A stretch of 64,000 nt of DNA, from NCBI GenBank assembly GCA_050259635.1, contig JBLNBA010000002.1:154906-218905 (forward strand). The letters are read 5' to 3'. The notes beneath the pieces were generated by a model. It did no database searches. It saw nothing but the letters and a program-made list of their open reading frames with translations, and was not told the DNA's origin. The stretch's first letter is position 1. Every line of letters begins with the position of its first letter. Positions 37,059 to 47,894 of the stretch are shown piece by piece. This DNA comes from Bacillota bacterium. Lineage in GTDB: Bacteria > Patescibacteriota > Patescibacteriia > Patescibacteriales > UBA12465. Both the position numbers and the translations under genes were made by a program.

Positions 37059-39713
37059 TTACTTCCTTGTTTTGCTTTCGATCGGGCTGACAGTGATAAG
37101 GTCTTTGCCGCTAATATCGATCTTGACCTGATCGCCCTCCTGGATCTGGTTCTCGATTATCCGCAAGGCGAGCTCGTCGAGGATCAGGTTTTGGATTATT
37201 CTCTTTAAGGGGCGGGCACCGTAGGTGCTGTCATATCCTTTTTCGGCTAATACCTTCTTGACTTTAGGGGCGATGCGCAGGGTGATATTCTTGGCATTGA
37301 GCCTTTTTTCCACCTTATCAAGTTCCAGGGCGACGATCTTTTCCAGGTCGGCGGCCTTGAGGCTCTTGAAGAGGACGATTTCATCGATGCGGTTAAGAAA
37401 CTCCAATTTGAAGTGTTCGCGGAGGATCTTATCCACTTTGTCTTTCATTTGCTTGGAGCGTTCCTCGTCTTTTTTCGGTTCCTCATTCTCTCCGCCGAAA
37501 CCGATGGAAAATTGCTTGATTACCTCGTTGCCCAGGTTGGAGGTCATGATGATCACCGTATTCTTGAAATTGACCGTGCGTCCTTTGGAATCAGTGAGAC
37601 GACCGTCATCGAGGATCTGCAAGAGCATATTGAACATATCCGGATGGGCCTTTTCGATTTCATCGAGCAGGATGACGCTATAGGGATGGCGCCGGACCCG
37701 TTCGGTGAGCTGTCCGCCTTCATCATAGCCGATATATCCGGGAGGGGAACCGATGAGCTTGGCGGCCGAATGCTTTTCCATGTATTCGCTCATGTCGAGG
37801 CGGATAAGAGCATTTTCGTCATCGAAAAGGAAGCGCGCTAAAGCCTTGCCGAGCTCCGTCTTGCCGACGCCGGTAGGACCGATGAAAAGGAATGATCCGA
37901 TCGGGCGCTTTTCTTCATTGATGCTGGCGCGTGAACGGCGGATGGCGCGGGCAACGGCGGCGATCGCTTCATCTTGGCCGATCACTTCGTTACCTAATTC
38001 CTGTTCGGCATTGGCTAATTTTTTCATGTCGTCAGCCAGCATCTTGTTAACCGGGATCCCGGTCCAGCGGGCTACCACTTTGGCGATATCTTCTTCGCCG
38101 ACTTCTTCCTTGAGGATACGTTGACCTTTCTTTTGGATCTTTATTAGGCTGTCTTGCAAGACCTTTATCTTATTTTCTAAATCAGGGATAAGTCCGTACT
38201 TGATTTTTGCCACCTCCGTAAGATCCGCTCCCTGGCGCTGGCTGATTTCGGCGCGCATCTTGAGCTCGTCGATTTCCCGCTTGTGGTCGCGGATGGCCGA
38301 GATGATGTTCTTTTCATTATTCCAATGTAATTCCAGCTGGTTGGCTTTCTCTTTGAGTTTGGCCAGCTCCTGGTTTATACCTCTTAGCTTGGGAGATTTT
38401 TTATCAGACGTAAGCAGGGCCGCCTTATTGATCTCTAATTGTTTGATCCGGCGCTTGAGCTGGTCTAATTCATCCGGCATCGAATCGATTTCCATGCGCA
38501 GGGAAGAAGTGGCCTCATCTATGAGGTCAACGGCTTTATCCGGCAAGAAGCGATCGCTGATATAGCGGTTGGATAATTTGGCGGCGGCGGTCAGGGCGTC
38601 GTCCGTAATGCGGACGCCATGGTGTACTTCGTATTTTTCCTTCAGGCCGCGGAGCATGTTGATAGTATCTTCGACGCTCGGCTCATTGACTATGATAGGT
38701 TGGAAACGGCGTTCTAAGGCAGCGTCTTTTTCGATATATTTCTGGTACTCTTTGGTCGTGGTGGCTCCGATCGTCCGGAGTTCACCTCTAGCCAAGGCAG
38801 GCTTGAGCATGTTGGAGGCATCCATCGATCCTTCCGAGGAGCCAGCTCCGATGAGGGTATGGAGTTCGTCAATAAAGATGATTATGCGTCCATTCTGGCT
38901 TTTAACTTCCTTAAGGACAGCTTTGAGGCGGTCTTCGAATTCTCCTCTAAACTTTGCGCCCGCCACGAGCATACCAAGATCCAGGGTGATGATCTCCTTA
39001 TTCTTTAAGTTCTCGGGAACATCGCCGGCAACAATACGTTGGGCTAATCCTTCGACGATCGCCGTCTTGCCGGTTCCGGCTTCCCCGATTAAAACCGGGT
39101 TGTTCTTAGTGCGGCGAAGCAGCACTTGCATTACGCGCCTCACTTCGGTATCGCGACCCACTACCGGATCAAGCTTCTCTTGCCGGGCAAGCTCCGTGAG
39201 ATTAGTGGTATATTTTTCCAGTACTTTGAATTTTCCTTCGGGAGTGGGATCGGTGATCCGCTCGGTGCCTCGGAGTTCTCCCAGAATAGCGCGTACTTTC
39301 TGGTGTTCAACGCCGAAATTTAAGAGGATGGCTTGGGCCGGCGAAGCGATGCCGATTAATGCTAGCAGGATGTGCTCAGTGGAGATAAATTCATCGCCCA
39401 TGCCGTCTGCTTCCTTTTTTGAGCGTTCCAATATGAGGGCAGTTTCATTCGTTCCTGACACTGCTTGTATCGGTCCGGATTGGATGTCGACTTTGGATTT
39501 TGGCAGTTTCTTGATTTCACCGACCGTGTAATTCTCAAGGATATCCGGGTCGATGGCGAGTTTTTCCAGGACGGGTTTTACCAAGCTTTCCGGCTGTTGG
39601 AGCAGGGCGAGCAGGATATGGACACCTTCGATGTTGGGTTGGCCGAAATTAGCCGCAATCGCTTGGGCGTTTATAATGGCTTCTTGGGATTTTTCCGTAA
39701 ATTTATTAAACAT
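37059..39713 (-). CDS. clpB: ClpB-type AAA+ chaperone
   Basis: [23 protein letters not shown], long coiled-coil middle domain, [23 protein letters not shown]. Confidence 0.9.
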   Translation of the reverse strand: MFNKFTEKSQEAIINAQAIAANFGQPNIEGVHILLALLQQPESLVKPVLEKLAIDPDILENYTVGEIKKLPKSKVDIQSGPIQAVSGTNETALILERSKKEADGMGDEFISTEHILLALIGIASPAQAILLNFGVEHQKVRAILGELRGTERITDPTPEGKFKVLEKYTTNLTELARQEKLDPVVGRDTEVRRVMQVLLRRTKNNPVLIGEAGTGKTAIVEGLAQRIVAGDVPENLKNKEIITLDLGMLVAGAKFRGEFEDRLKAVLKEVKSQNGRIIIFIDELHTLIGAGSSEGSMDASNMLKPALARGELRTIGATTTKEYQKYIEKDAALERRFQPIIVNEPSVEDTINMLRGLKEKYEVHHGVRITDDALTAAAKLSNRYISDRFLPDKAVDLIDEATSSLRMEIDSMPDELDQLKRRIKQLEINKAALLTSDKKSPKLRGINQELAKLKEKANQLELHWNNEKNIISAIRDHKREIDELKMRAEISQRQGADLTEVAKIKYGLIPDLENKIKVLQDSLIKIQKKGQRILKEEVGEEDIAKVVARWTGIPVNKMLADDMKKLANAEQELGNEVIGQDEAIAAVARAIRRSRASINEEKRPIGSFLFIGPTGVGKTELGKALARFLFDDENALIRLDMSEYMEKHSAAKLIGSPPGYIGYDEGGQLTERVRRHPYSVILLDEIEKAHPDMFNMLLQILDDGRLTDSKGRTVNFKNTVIIMTSNLGNEVIKQFSIGFGGENEEPKKDEERSKQMKDKVDKILREHFKLEFLNRIDEIVLFKSLKAADLEKIVALELDKVEKRLNAKNITLRIAPKVKKVLAEKGYDSTYGARPLKRIIQNLILDELALRIIENQIQEGDQVKIDISGKDLITVSPIESKTRK

Positions 39714-39740
39714 AATTTATTGATTGAGTTTAAAGATAGT

Positions 39741-39767
39741 TTAGCACTCTGTCATCTTGACTGCTAA
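39741..39767. promoter_or_regulatory. CIRCE element (HrcA operator) upstream of clpB
   Basis: TTAGCACTC-N9-GACTGCTAA, one mismatch to TTAGCACTC-N9-GAGTGCTAA. Confidence 0.9.
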
Positions 39768-39887
39768 GCAATGTACTAGGTTAATAATACTCCAGGATGA
39801 GGCAAAAGTCAATCCATCGCCGTTTATATCAGTGTTCTCAAGCCTTGGTCAGGAGTCGTATTTAATGGTATAATTAAACTAAATTAT

Positions 39888-40259
39888 ATGATCAGAGCAA
39901 ATATCTTATCATCCGGCCTCGAGTTCTTCGCCCGCTTTGCTTGGGGCTTGGTCTATTTCCCCTTATGGTGGTATGGCGCCGGCTTCATACGGCACGCGGG
40001 GCGCGTCTGGCGCTTCCTCAAGGATGAGGAAAGAGCCCTGGGTTTTTCCGTCTGGGCAAGAAACTGGCTGGTGCCGATGTATGGCCAATCGGATTTTGTC
40101 GGGCGCCTGATCAGCTTTGTGATGAGGACGGTTCAAATTATTGCCCGAGGGGCCTTACTTTTCATTTGGGCGCTCCTCGGCCTTCTACTGGCTATTCTTT
40201 GGCTTGCGTTGCCGCCGGTAATTATCCTAGCTTGCGCTTATCAATTAATCGGGGAGTAA
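39888..40259 (+). CDS. Small membrane protein co-transcribed with the Clp ATPase
   Basis: YFPLWWYG, LVPMYGQSDFVGRLISF, C-terminal TMs. Confidence 0.75.
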   Translation: MIRANILSSGLEFFARFAWGLVYFPLWWYGAGFIRHAGRVWRFLKDEERALGFSVWARNWLVPMYGQSDFVGRLISFVMRTVQIIARGALLFIWALLGLLLAILWLALPPVIILACAYQLIGE

Positions 40260-40263
40260 ACCT

Positions 40264-42924
40264 ATGGAACAAAGGGAACTTCAATTCGAGACCGTTGGCG
40301 GACGTTTTGGCACTTGGCATCTGGGGCGCTTCCTCTATTGGGAGCAACCGCTAAGCCGCTCCAAAGTGACTTCCCGGCGCTTGCGCGAGAAAGCGGACCG
40401 CCTCGTGGATGGCGCCGCTTTTCTGGTATTGGCTGCCGGCTGGTTGTCCCTTATCGCTTGGGTTTATCTCAATTTTGGGTCTATCGCCTCGGATCCTTCT
40501 TCCTTGTTAACCTTCTTTGAAAATCGTCACCCGCTGCTTCTGACTTTCTTCTTTTCTCTCTGGTTCGATCTTTTCCTTTTCTATCGTAAAAGCGAAGCCT
40601 CCTTCCAAAGACAAAAGATTAATTACCGCATTCTCAAAGAGGAAAATAGCAAAGGCAAACAGGATCTCGAGGTTTCCGCTGCTTCCGGGGCGGCTTTGAG
40701 GCGGACGCTCGAAGATTCCTTTTTGATCGCCGCTAAGCTTAAGCAAACGGAAGTCTCGGTCATGCATTTTTTCCGGGCGCTGCTCCTTGATCCGAAAGTG
40801 CAGGAGATGTTCATCCGTTTAGGGATAGATGCCCGGGCTTTGGCTGGCAAAGTGGAGAAGCACATGAAAGGGAAGCAATCTTCCGACCGGCACCCGGCAA
40901 TATCTGCCGCTTTGCAGCAATGTCTCATCTCCGCCTATGCGGATGCCTTCTATCGCCGGCAGGCCTCGATCGAGCCGCTTAATGCCGTAATGTTCTGCTA
41001 TCATGCGGATAAGCTCCTGGCCGAAATTCTTTATGACCTCGAAGCCGATGCGGATAAAATCGCCAATGCTTGTGAATGGTTGCAGATCAATCGTGAATTG
41101 GCCGAGCGCTTACATTCTTTCAGCCGCTCCGCCGCCCTAAAGCCAAAGGGCAGCATGGATCGGGCATATACGGCGGTTGCTTCTCCGACCCTCGATCATT
41201 TTTCCCATGATCTGACCCTGGCTGCAAAATATGGAAGGCTTGAACTTTGCGTGGGGCGCCAGGTGGAGACGGATTCGATCTTTGAGATTATGGAGAGCGG
41301 CCAATGCGGCGTGCTCCTGGTGGGACATAGCGGCAGCGGTAAAACCTCAGTCATCAACGGCATTGCCCAGCTGATGGTTGAGGAGCGAGTCCCTAAATTC
41401 TTGCAGGATAAGCGTTTAGTCGAAATTGATGTTTCACGCTTAGTATCCGGCGCTACGGCTGCGGAGGCGGAATCTCGCCTTCTATCTAGCATCTCGGAAG
41501 CTTCCCGGGCCGGCAATATTGTTTTACATATCGCTAACGTCGAGAACTTGGTGGGAATAAGCGCCGGCAGCGAACAGAGCTTGGATTTATCCGAAGTCTT
41601 GGCTGAAGCTTTAACCCGCCGAGCCGTATATTGCTTGGCGACCATTTCTTCGGCGAATTATGCGGCGGTAATCGAGAAGAGCGCTTTGGGCGAAGCGATG
41701 ACCACCGTGGGAATAAAGGAACCGGCAGATAACCAAGCGATCCAAATGGTCGAGAGCAAAGTATCTTCCCTCGAGGGTGGCTACGGAGTCTTCATTACCT
41801 ATGGAGCTGTGGAGGCGAGTGTGAAATTATCCCAGCGTTTCATCCATGATAAGGCACTGCCTGAGAAAGCGGTCACACTATTGCGCGATGCTGTGATCCG
41901 GGTTGCCAAGCTGAGGAAACATGATCCTCGGCATTCCATCTGCCTGCGTGAACACGTCGCCGGCGCTTTGAGCGAAAAGACAGGAATTCCCCTGCAGAAG
42001 CTTACTGAAGATGAGGGCAAGAAACTTCTGTCTTTGGAAGAAAATATCCACCAGCGCATGGTGGGGCAGGAAGAAGCAGTGGCGGCGGTTTGCGCCAGCT
42101 TGCGCCGTGCCCGTGCGGAAATGAAAGATGCGAAACGGCCTATCGCCAGTTTCCTCTTCTTGGGACCGACTGGCGTGGGCAAGACGGAACTGGCAAAGAC
42201 GGTATCGGAAGTATATTTCGGTCGGGAGGATTATATGATCCGCTTGGACATGAGCGAATACCAAGACGCTGGAAGCACCAGGAAGATGATCGGCGATGTC
42301 GACGGAACGTTAGGTTTTTTGACTGAAGCGGTTAGAAAGAAGCCTTTCTCTCTCATCCTTCTGGATGAAATCGAAAAGGCCCATCCGGATATCTTGAATC
42401 TCTTCTTGCAAATGCTGGATGACGGGCGCCTTACGGACGGCCAAGGAAGGACGATCAGTTTTACGGAATCTATCATTATTGCCACCTCTAACATTGGCGC
42501 CTTGTATATCCAGGAGCAGATCAAAACCGGTACCGATATCAAGCAGATCCGGCAAGAGCTTATCGATAACCAGCTGAACAAGCACATGCGTCCGGAACTC
42601 ATCAACCGCTTTGACGGAATTATTGTTTTCAAGCCTCTTACGGAAGAAAATCTTTACCAGATTGCAACTTTGATGCTAAAAGGCATAAAGAAGCGCTTGG
42701 CCGAAAAAGGCGTTGGCCTCCAAGCGGATAGGATGGGCGCGCAGAAATTGGCTAAGGCAGGATATGATCCGAAGTTCGGCGCTCGCCCCTTGCGTCGTTT
42801 GCTGCAGGAAAAAGTTGAAGACAAGATCGCTAATAAGATCTTAGCCGGTGAACTGAAGCGACGCGATACGGTGGTTATCGACGCGCAAGCGGAGATTGCC
42901 GTAGTAAAAGGGAAGGAGTTGTAG
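40264..42924 (+). CDS. Membrane-anchored Clp/Hsp100 ATPase
   Basis: Two N-terminal TMs, Clp-N-like region, [33 protein letters not shown]. Confidence 0.88.
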   Translation: MEQRELQFETVGGRFGTWHLGRFLYWEQPLSRSKVTSRRLREKADRLVDGAAFLVLAAGWLSLIAWVYLNFGSIASDPSSLLTFFENRHPLLLTFFFSLWFDLFLFYRKSEASFQRQKINYRILKEENSKGKQDLEVSAASGAALRRTLEDSFLIAAKLKQTEVSVMHFFRALLLDPKVQEMFIRLGIDARALAGKVEKHMKGKQSSDRHPAISAALQQCLISAYADAFYRRQASIEPLNAVMFCYHADKLLAEILYDLEADADKIANACEWLQINRELAERLHSFSRSAALKPKGSMDRAYTAVASPTLDHFSHDLTLAAKYGRLELCVGRQVETDSIFEIMESGQCGVLLVGHSGSGKTSVINGIAQLMVEERVPKFLQDKRLVEIDVSRLVSGATAAEAESRLLSSISEASRAGNIVLHIANVENLVGISAGSEQSLDLSEVLAEALTRRAVYCLATISSANYAAVIEKSALGEAMTTVGIKEPADNQAIQMVESKVSSLEGGYGVFITYGAVEASVKLSQRFIHDKALPEKAVTLLRDAVIRVAKLRKHDPRHSICLREHVAGALSEKTGIPLQKLTEDEGKKLLSLEENIHQRMVGQEEAVAAVCASLRRARAEMKDAKRPIASFLFLGPTGVGKTELAKTVSEVYFGREDYMIRLDMSEYQDAGSTRKMIGDVDGTLGFLTEAVRKKPFSLILLDEIEKAHPDILNLFLQMLDDGRLTDGQGRTISFTESIIIATSNIGALYIQEQIKTGTDIKQIRQELIDNQLNKHMRPELINRFDGIIVFKPLTEENLYQIATLMLKGIKKRLAEKGVGLQADRMGAQKLAKAGYDPKFGARPLRRLLQEKVEDKIANKILAGELKRRDTVVIDAQAEIAVVKGKEL

Positions 42925-42964
42925 GATAAAAAAATCGGCCCCTTTTTATAAGGCCGATATATCA

Positions 42965-43270
42965 TTACGATCGGGAACGCGCAACCTTCCGGTTGAACAT
43001 TGCAGTTTTGAAAATTTTTTGTACCCTTTGGCAACGCTCTATCTTGCTGTTGATGTGCGATAGATTGGCTTCGATGCCTAGGAGTGAGCAACCTTCTTTG
43101 ATAAGAGTGTCTCTTATCCGGTCTCTTTCGTTTCCCAGTTCCTTGTCCCTGACATGCAGAAGATGAGTTATTTCTCCCAAGTCCGAAGGGGATAATTTCC
43201 GAATATCATCACTGATATCGTCTTCTCTGTTTAAATAGTAATCAATACGTTTTGCTGCTTTGTTTCTCAT
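42965..43270 (-). CDS. Hypothetical protein (AT-rich solo unit)
   Basis: ATG ORF filling the intergenic gap, terminator at 42928-42960. Confidence 0.5.
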   Translation of the reverse strand: MRNKAAKRIDYYLNREDDISDDIRKLSPSDLGEITHLLHVRDKELGNERDRIRDTLIKEGCSLLGIEANLSHINSKIERCQRVQKIFKTAMFNRKVARSRS

Positions 43271-43331
43271 GTGTGTTTTAAATTTACTACGATAATCTTA
43301 ACAGTTAATATCAATTTTGTCAATTACGTCT

Positions 43332-44888
43332 ATGTTACCTTATATTACTACCTTCATTGCCATTTCTATAATTTCCTTCCTTGTTGGCAGGGGTGTGATT
43401 AGCGTAGCTGAGCGTTTTCATATTGTAGATAGTCCGGATGGAGTTAGAAAGCTGCAATCCAAACCGATTCCTCTTCTCGGAGGGACGGCGATCTTTATTT
43501 CCTTCTTCACCGGCCTGGCAGTTTTCTTGCCGACACTCCTTTCTGGGGACCTGGACATATCTCATTGGATCGGTTTCTTCGCGGGGGCATCCGTCCTGAT
43601 GCTCGGCGGGTTCTTAGATGACAAATATGATCTCAACCCACGCATCCAGATTATTTTTCCCATCATAGCTTCCATTGCTCCCATTATCGGCGGGGTTGGT
43701 ATTGAGCGCTTATCCAATCCTTTCGGCGGTATTTTTGCCGTTCCGGCCTTACTAAGCGCGGCGCTAATCATGGTCTGGCTCTTGGGGATGATGTACACGA
43801 CAAAATTATTGGACGGCGTGGACGGGTTGGTGAGCGGCCTGGGGGTGATCGGTGCTTTGGTTATATTTTTATTCACCTCCACTACCAGATATTTCCAGCC
43901 GGACATTGCCCTAGCAGCATGGATTTTCTCTGCCGCTTGCCTGGGCTTTTTGGTTCTGAATTTTAATCCCGCCAAGATCTATTTAGGGGAAGGGGGCTCG
44001 CTTTTGATCGGTTATGTGCTCGGAGTCTTGGCGATTATTTCCGGCGGGAAGATCGCTATCGCCTTGCTCGTGATGGGCCTGCCTGTCCTTGATGTCGCCT
44101 GGACGATCGTCCGTCGCCTTTTGCGGGGTAGAAATCCCTTCCGCTTCGCCGATCGCTCTCACTTGCATCATCGATTGCTGGATTTAGGGTTATCACCGCG
44201 GCAGACAGTAGTCATATTTTATGCCTTTGCGGCCGCCTTCGGAGCTAGCGGCCTTTTCCTGCAGAGTCGGGGCAAGCTGGTGGCTCTTTCTTTGCTGCTT
44301 GCCATCATGCTCGCCTTGGTGATTTTCTTTTCCCAATATGAGAGGCGCAAGCGCCCCCGCCTCCTTTTCCATGTCTGTTGCGCCCCATGCGCTTCTTATT
44401 CCACCCTTAAGAAGCTTTTACCCCGCTATCGCGTGACTTGGTATTTTCTTAATTCCAACCTGTCTTCTTTCTTGGAATACGAAGCGAGACTGAAAACGGC
44501 AGAGAAGGCCGCGAGGCTTTTGGGGGTCGAACTGATAGCGGTTCCATACGATCATGAAGCGTGGAGCGAAATAGTGAAAGGGCACGAAGATGACCCGGAA
44601 AGAGGTGACCGCTGTCGTATCTGTTATCGCGACCGCCTATCTAATGCTTATAAGTTTGCACAGGACGGCGGCTATGAATTCTTTTCCACGAGCTTGCTGG
44701 TGAGCCCATATAAGGATGACAAGGCTATCCGGGAAATCTGCCGTTCACTGGAGAAAGAAGGGGGGCCGAAATTCCATGACGAGGATTTCCAAGCCGATGA
44801 CGGCTTCCACCGTTCGATCGCTTGGGCGAAAGAAAAGGGGCTGTATTTGCAGAAGTATTGCGGCTGTGAATTTAGTCTAAGAAAATAA
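43332..44888 (+). CDS. WecA/TagO/MraY-family phosphoglycosyltransferase fused to epoxyqueuosine reductase QueH (DUF208)
   Basis: P.LGG, GFLDD, LDGVDG, NFNPAKIYLGEGG, HLHHRL; then LFHVCCAPC, PERGDRCRICY, STSLLVSPYK, QKYCGCEFS. Confidence 0.85.
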   Translation: MLPYITTFIAISIISFLVGRGVISVAERFHIVDSPDGVRKLQSKPIPLLGGTAIFISFFTGLAVFLPTLLSGDLDISHWIGFFAGASVLMLGGFLDDKYDLNPRIQIIFPIIASIAPIIGGVGIERLSNPFGGIFAVPALLSAALIMVWLLGMMYTTKLLDGVDGLVSGLGVIGALVIFLFTSTTRYFQPDIALAAWIFSAACLGFLVLNFNPAKIYLGEGGSLLIGYVLGVLAIISGGKIAIALLVMGLPVLDVAWTIVRRLLRGRNPFRFADRSHLHHRLLDLGLSPRQTVVIFYAFAAAFGASGLFLQSRGKLVALSLLLAIMLALVIFFSQYERRKRPRLLFHVCCAPCASYSTLKKLLPRYRVTWYFLNSNLSSFLEYEARLKTAEKAARLLGVELIAVPYDHEAWSEIVKGHEDDPERGDRCRICYRDRLSNAYKFAQDGGYEFFSTSLLVSPYKDDKAIREICRSLEKEGGPKFHDEDFQADDGFHRSIAWAKEKGLYLQKYCGCEFSLRK

Positions 44889-44889
44889 T

Positions 44890-45639
44890 ATGAAGGGCAT
44901 TGCCATTATAATTATCGTCGGCCTATTCTCGTTTTCGCTGCCGGCATTTGCCAACGGCCTGCCGGATGGCGACCGGGATGGCGTGCCTGATAGGGATGAG
45001 AAAGAGATCTATCATACCAACCCTGCTTCGTCCGATACCGATGGCGATGGTTTTAAGGATTTCGAAGAAATCACTACCGGTTATTCGCCGGTAAATCCCA
45101 AGCCTGTCAGGCTGATTGATAGCGATATCGACAATGACGGCTTAACGGAAGCTTGGGAAATTAAATTTAAGTCAGATCCTTTTGTTGCCGATACCGATGG
45201 CGATGGGAAAAAAGATGGCGAAGAGGTGGACAAGGGTTATGATCCGGTAGCCGGAGAGGGAGCGAAATTAACGAAGAGCCTGCGAATCTCTTTGGGGGCG
45301 CAGAAGCTGGATTATCTCCTAAACGGCTATTCTTGGAAAAGCTTCCCGATATCCAGCGGTCGTCCGGACATGCCGACCACGAAAGGCGAATTCATTATCA
45401 GCAATAAGATTGAGAAGGCGTGGTCCAAATCATACGGCCTGTGGATGCCATATTGGCTTGGTCTCGCCGGGACGAGGATGGGCATTCATGAGCTTCCCGT
45501 CTGGCCCAATGGTTACCGGGAAGGGGAGAATCATCTTGGCAAGCCCGTATCACATGGCTGCGTCCGGCTCGGCGTGGGGGCGGCCAAATATATATATGAA
45601 AGGATGGAACCCGGAGAAAAGGTTGAGATAGTAAGATGA
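44890..45639 (+). CDS. L,D-transpeptidase with Ca-binding TSP3-like repeats
   Basis: Signal peptide, DxDGDG repeats, GIHE...SHGCVRL. Confidence 0.9.
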   Translation: MKGIAIIIIVGLFSFSLPAFANGLPDGDRDGVPDRDEKEIYHTNPASSDTDGDGFKDFEEITTGYSPVNPKPVRLIDSDIDNDGLTEAWEIKFKSDPFVADTDGDGKKDGEEVDKGYDPVAGEGAKLTKSLRISLGAQKLDYLLNGYSWKSFPISSGRPDMPTTKGEFIISNKIEKAWSKSYGLWMPYWLGLAGTRMGIHELPVWPNGYREGENHLGKPVSHGCVRLGVGAAKYIYERMEPGEKVEIVR

Positions 45640-45689
45640 AGATTTGTGAATTGGGAATAACTATATTATCATTATAGGGAAATAATCAT

Positions 45690-47888
45690 ATGCAGAGACG
45701 CGTTTTTTTTGCCCTCATCCTCTTGGCCGCGCTTACTTTTTCCGGTTGCACTTTGCCTTGGAAAAAGAAAGCGCAGGAACCGGTGGATTCTGCCAGCGCT
45801 ACGGAACAGCCAGTCGACGATAAATTTTCCGGGCAGCTCAAGAAGTTCAAAGACCTCCAGTCTTTGGATTCTTTCTTGCGCTCTAACGGCGGCAGTTTGA
45901 CCGATGAGGTTGTTATCCGAGATTATAGAGGCGAAACGGTCGCCGCTTCGGGAGATTACGTCTATGCCGCTGTTTATAATGACCTATATATTGTAAAGAC
46001 GGCGGCCGGTGAGCAGGGAAGAGCGGTCGCTAAGATCACCTTTAATTCCCGGCCTTTGGCTGTCTTTGTTTCGAAGGGAAAACTGGTGGTAATCGGAAAC
46101 GATGAGCAGCTGCTCCAGTCCCAGGCATATAAGTCCTTCCGTCGAAAATCTCCCTTTGTTTTTATCAAGGTATTTGATTTGGCAGATCCGGCATCACCCA
46201 AGCAAGTAAGAGATCTGTCGGTCGAAGGTCGTTTGAAGGATACTTCAAATGCCGGCGGATTCCTGCGTTTGTTAATGGAAAATTATAACGGCTATTTTCC
46301 CGGAGAGACTCCAACTCCAAGGCTGGTAGACGGCGGCCGTATATTGGGGAACGATTGCGCCGATGGTAAGAAATGTTTTCTTCCGGAAACATATTATTTT
46401 GATGTCCAATACCCAGGAATCAGGATGGTATCGGTTGATACCATCGACCTTTCTAAAGATGATGCCCCGGTATTAAGTTCCGCTTTTATAGTTTCCAAAT
46501 CCCAGGAGGCCTTCTTTTCTGGTGAAAGCCTTTACCTTAGCTATTTTGGATCCTTTGACGGGAGTGATGCGGTCTTGTCCGCTATCGGCCAAGTGATAGA
46601 ACCGAAGCTTACCGAAAGCGTCCGCGCCTTGATAGGGAAGATCAGCCAAACCGATGCCTCCGTGCTTACACCGAGCGAGAAATCTGAGAAGATCGCTAAT
46701 CTTTACCGGTCCTATCTTAATTCTTTGGATGAGACCCAAGCCTTAACGGTCGATACTGAGATTGAGAATGCCTTGAAGACTGTGTATGTCGAGTCTAAAG
46801 CCTCTACCGCTATATATAAGTTCAGCTTGTCGCTGGTCCAGCCGGCTTATCGGGCGCTCGGTTCTGTGGAAGGGGAATTGGTTGCGAGCGCAGTGTCAGA
46901 AGACTTATCCGGTAATTTTCGGGCTGTTTCAGACAAGACGGTTTCTTTGGATATAACAGGAAAGCCCGCCAGACGCGCCTACGTCAGTGTCCTCGATTCA
47001 GATCTGAAGACCATTGGGACGTCCGTAGAAATTTCTGATAACGGCGACATCAAGCAAGCGGCTTTTTCTGCTCGGAAAATATCGGTCCTCTCCGGAGATG
47101 CCGTCTATTCTGCCGACTTAACCGATCCGCGAGGAATAAAAAGTCTGGGCAAGGTAGGGGTTTCCTCGGCGAAAGCCTTGTATCCATACGATGATAACTA
47201 TGCGGTGGCGGTTGGCGGAGAAGACGGGCAAGTAAAGGCGGTCCTTATCGACATTTCCGGTCAAACCAGCCGAGAAAGTGATATCTTCCGTTTCGGGAAC
47301 GGCTCTGAGACCGTCTTTGACGCCAGTTTCCAACCGATTGATACCAAAAATAACCATATTGTCCTTCCTATTATCAGGAGAGCCGGTTCGGCTATTAGTT
47401 TTAGCGGAATAACAGCCTTAAGCATCGGTGAGGGCCGCTTTATTCTGAGGGGTGATATCGACCACTCCGACGGCGGTCGCTATATTCGGGAGGATGCCTC
47501 TTTTGGGGCTGGTTTTAGGGATAATACGGTCCGGAATACCTGGGTTCAGAATGGTTCCTTATATACTTTTTCCAATAAATATATTAAAGTTAACGCTTTG
47601 GAGGGCGGAGCAGCTCTCCAGGCGATTAAGTTACTCCCTGATACGGAAGCCGATTTAGCTGCTCCCCAACCGGTAAAGACGGAGGAAACACCTGAAACTA
47701 ATTCCGGAGATGGACCGATTGGGCCCGCCCTTCCTCCTGAAGTGGCCCCGGAAACGCCGACCGACACTAATCCGCCTGTCCTTCCGGATGGGACTGAGAC
47801 GTTGCCGGCTGGAACTCAGCCTGAAATTCCGGCTCCGGATCCCCTTGAGACTCCCGTTGATCCGATTGATTTGGCACCACAATCGTAA
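45690..47888 (+). CDS. Lipoprotein with secreted beta-propeller domain and Pro/acidic tail
   Basis: Lipobox FSGC; VFDLADPASPK; low-complexity P/E/T C-terminus. Confidence 0.7.
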   Translation: MQRRVFFALILLAALTFSGCTLPWKKKAQEPVDSASATEQPVDDKFSGQLKKFKDLQSLDSFLRSNGGSLTDEVVIRDYRGETVAASGDYVYAAVYNDLYIVKTAAGEQGRAVAKITFNSRPLAVFVSKGKLVVIGNDEQLLQSQAYKSFRRKSPFVFIKVFDLADPASPKQVRDLSVEGRLKDTSNAGGFLRLLMENYNGYFPGETPTPRLVDGGRILGNDCADGKKCFLPETYYFDVQYPGIRMVSVDTIDLSKDDAPVLSSAFIVSKSQEAFFSGESLYLSYFGSFDGSDAVLSAIGQVIEPKLTESVRALIGKISQTDASVLTPSEKSEKIANLYRSYLNSLDETQALTVDTEIENALKTVYVESKASTAIYKFSLSLVQPAYRALGSVEGELVASAVSEDLSGNFRAVSDKTVSLDITGKPARRAYVSVLDSDLKTIGTSVEISDNGDIKQAAFSARKISVLSGDAVYSADLTDPRGIKSLGKVGVSSAKALYPYDDNYAVAVGGEDGQVKAVLIDISGQTSRESDIFRFGNGSETVFDASFQPIDTKNNHIVLPIIRRAGSAISFSGITALSIGEGRFILRGDIDHSDGGRYIREDASFGAGFRDNTVRNTWVQNGSLYTFSNKYIKVNALEGGAALQAIKLLPDTEADLAAPQPVKTEETPETNSGDGPIGPALPPEVAPETPTDTNPPVLPDGTETLPAGTQPEIPAPDPLETPVDPIDLAPQS

Positions 47889-47894
47889 TTATCT

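Noticed and set aside
37225-39767. Long antisense ORFs over clpB (similarly over dnaB, gatB, gyrB, fmt and others)
   Set aside because: Shadow frames of conserved genes with no motifs or start signals
45032-45206. Exact repeat CCGATACCGATGGCGATGG
   Set aside because: Explained by DTDGDG Ca-binding protein repeats
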